64,000 bases of DNA from Squalus acanthias (taxonomy: Eukaryota), in assembly GCA_030390025.1 (NCBI GenBank), contig CM059428.1:19902001-19966000 (forward strand), given 5' to 3'. The notes under the pieces were generated by a model. The model had not been told where the DNA came from. It searched no databases and was given only the letters and a program-made list of their open reading frames with translations. A program made the position numbers and the translations under genes. Below, piece after piece: positions 63,736 to 64,000 of this stretch; the stretch's first letter is position 1; every line of letters starts with the position of its first letter.

Positions 63736-64000
63736 GGGCTGGATTTTGCCAATGGGGAGCTTTTGGAGGGGGGACTCCCACTTGTCGGGTTTCAGTCCCA
63801 CCTCCATCAACCTCAGGTCAACCCACGCTATTTTCCCTTGATTGACCTTGTTAAGCCCAACCAGGGGGCTCAGCAGGCCAATTAAGGGAAAGCCAGTTAC
63901 AGAGAACGTCAACGTATGACGTTTCATCTGTCAAAAATTTTTGACAGATGAATTGTCATCGTTTGACAGCTCTGTGAAGCTGTCAAACACTGACATTCTC
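63736..64000. mobile_element. Left end of another Harbinger-type MITE (runs off the window)
   Basis: Begins GGGCTGGATTTTGC, the same TIR as at 11808 and 27909. Confidence 0.65.

Noticed and set aside
15839-64000. Next GMDS exon (expected ISFDLAEYTADVDG...)
   Set aside because: Not found by eye or in the ORF track; presumably beyond the window.

Overview
Eukaryotic vertebrate DNA. The repeat families (CR1/HER1-like and L2 LINEs, Deu-domain SINEs, Penelope elements, GC-rich Harbinger MITEs) point to a cartilaginous fish, probably a shark; this is an inference. The window lies inside the GMDS gene (GDP-mannose 4,6-dehydratase, + strand). Three internal coding exons are present (5122-5166, 14137-14224, 15729-15838). 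Everything else is intronic, and the last ~48 kb is one large intron with no further recognisable GMDS exon. Nearly all ORFs in the ORF track are transposon fragments or noise. Highlights: (1) a 2.3-kb head-to-head Penelope palindrome with a 17-bp target duplication, a 37-nt tail and minimal hammerhead ribozyme motifs; (2) an uninterrupted ~870-codon CR1 ORF2; (3) many Harbinger-type MITEs with 3-bp TSDs, nested up to three deep, two of which keep hairpin positions but not hairpin sequences; (4) a locally templated double-inversion insertion near 61.1-61.4 kb. All comparisons were made by eye, so boundaries of decayed repeats are approximate.
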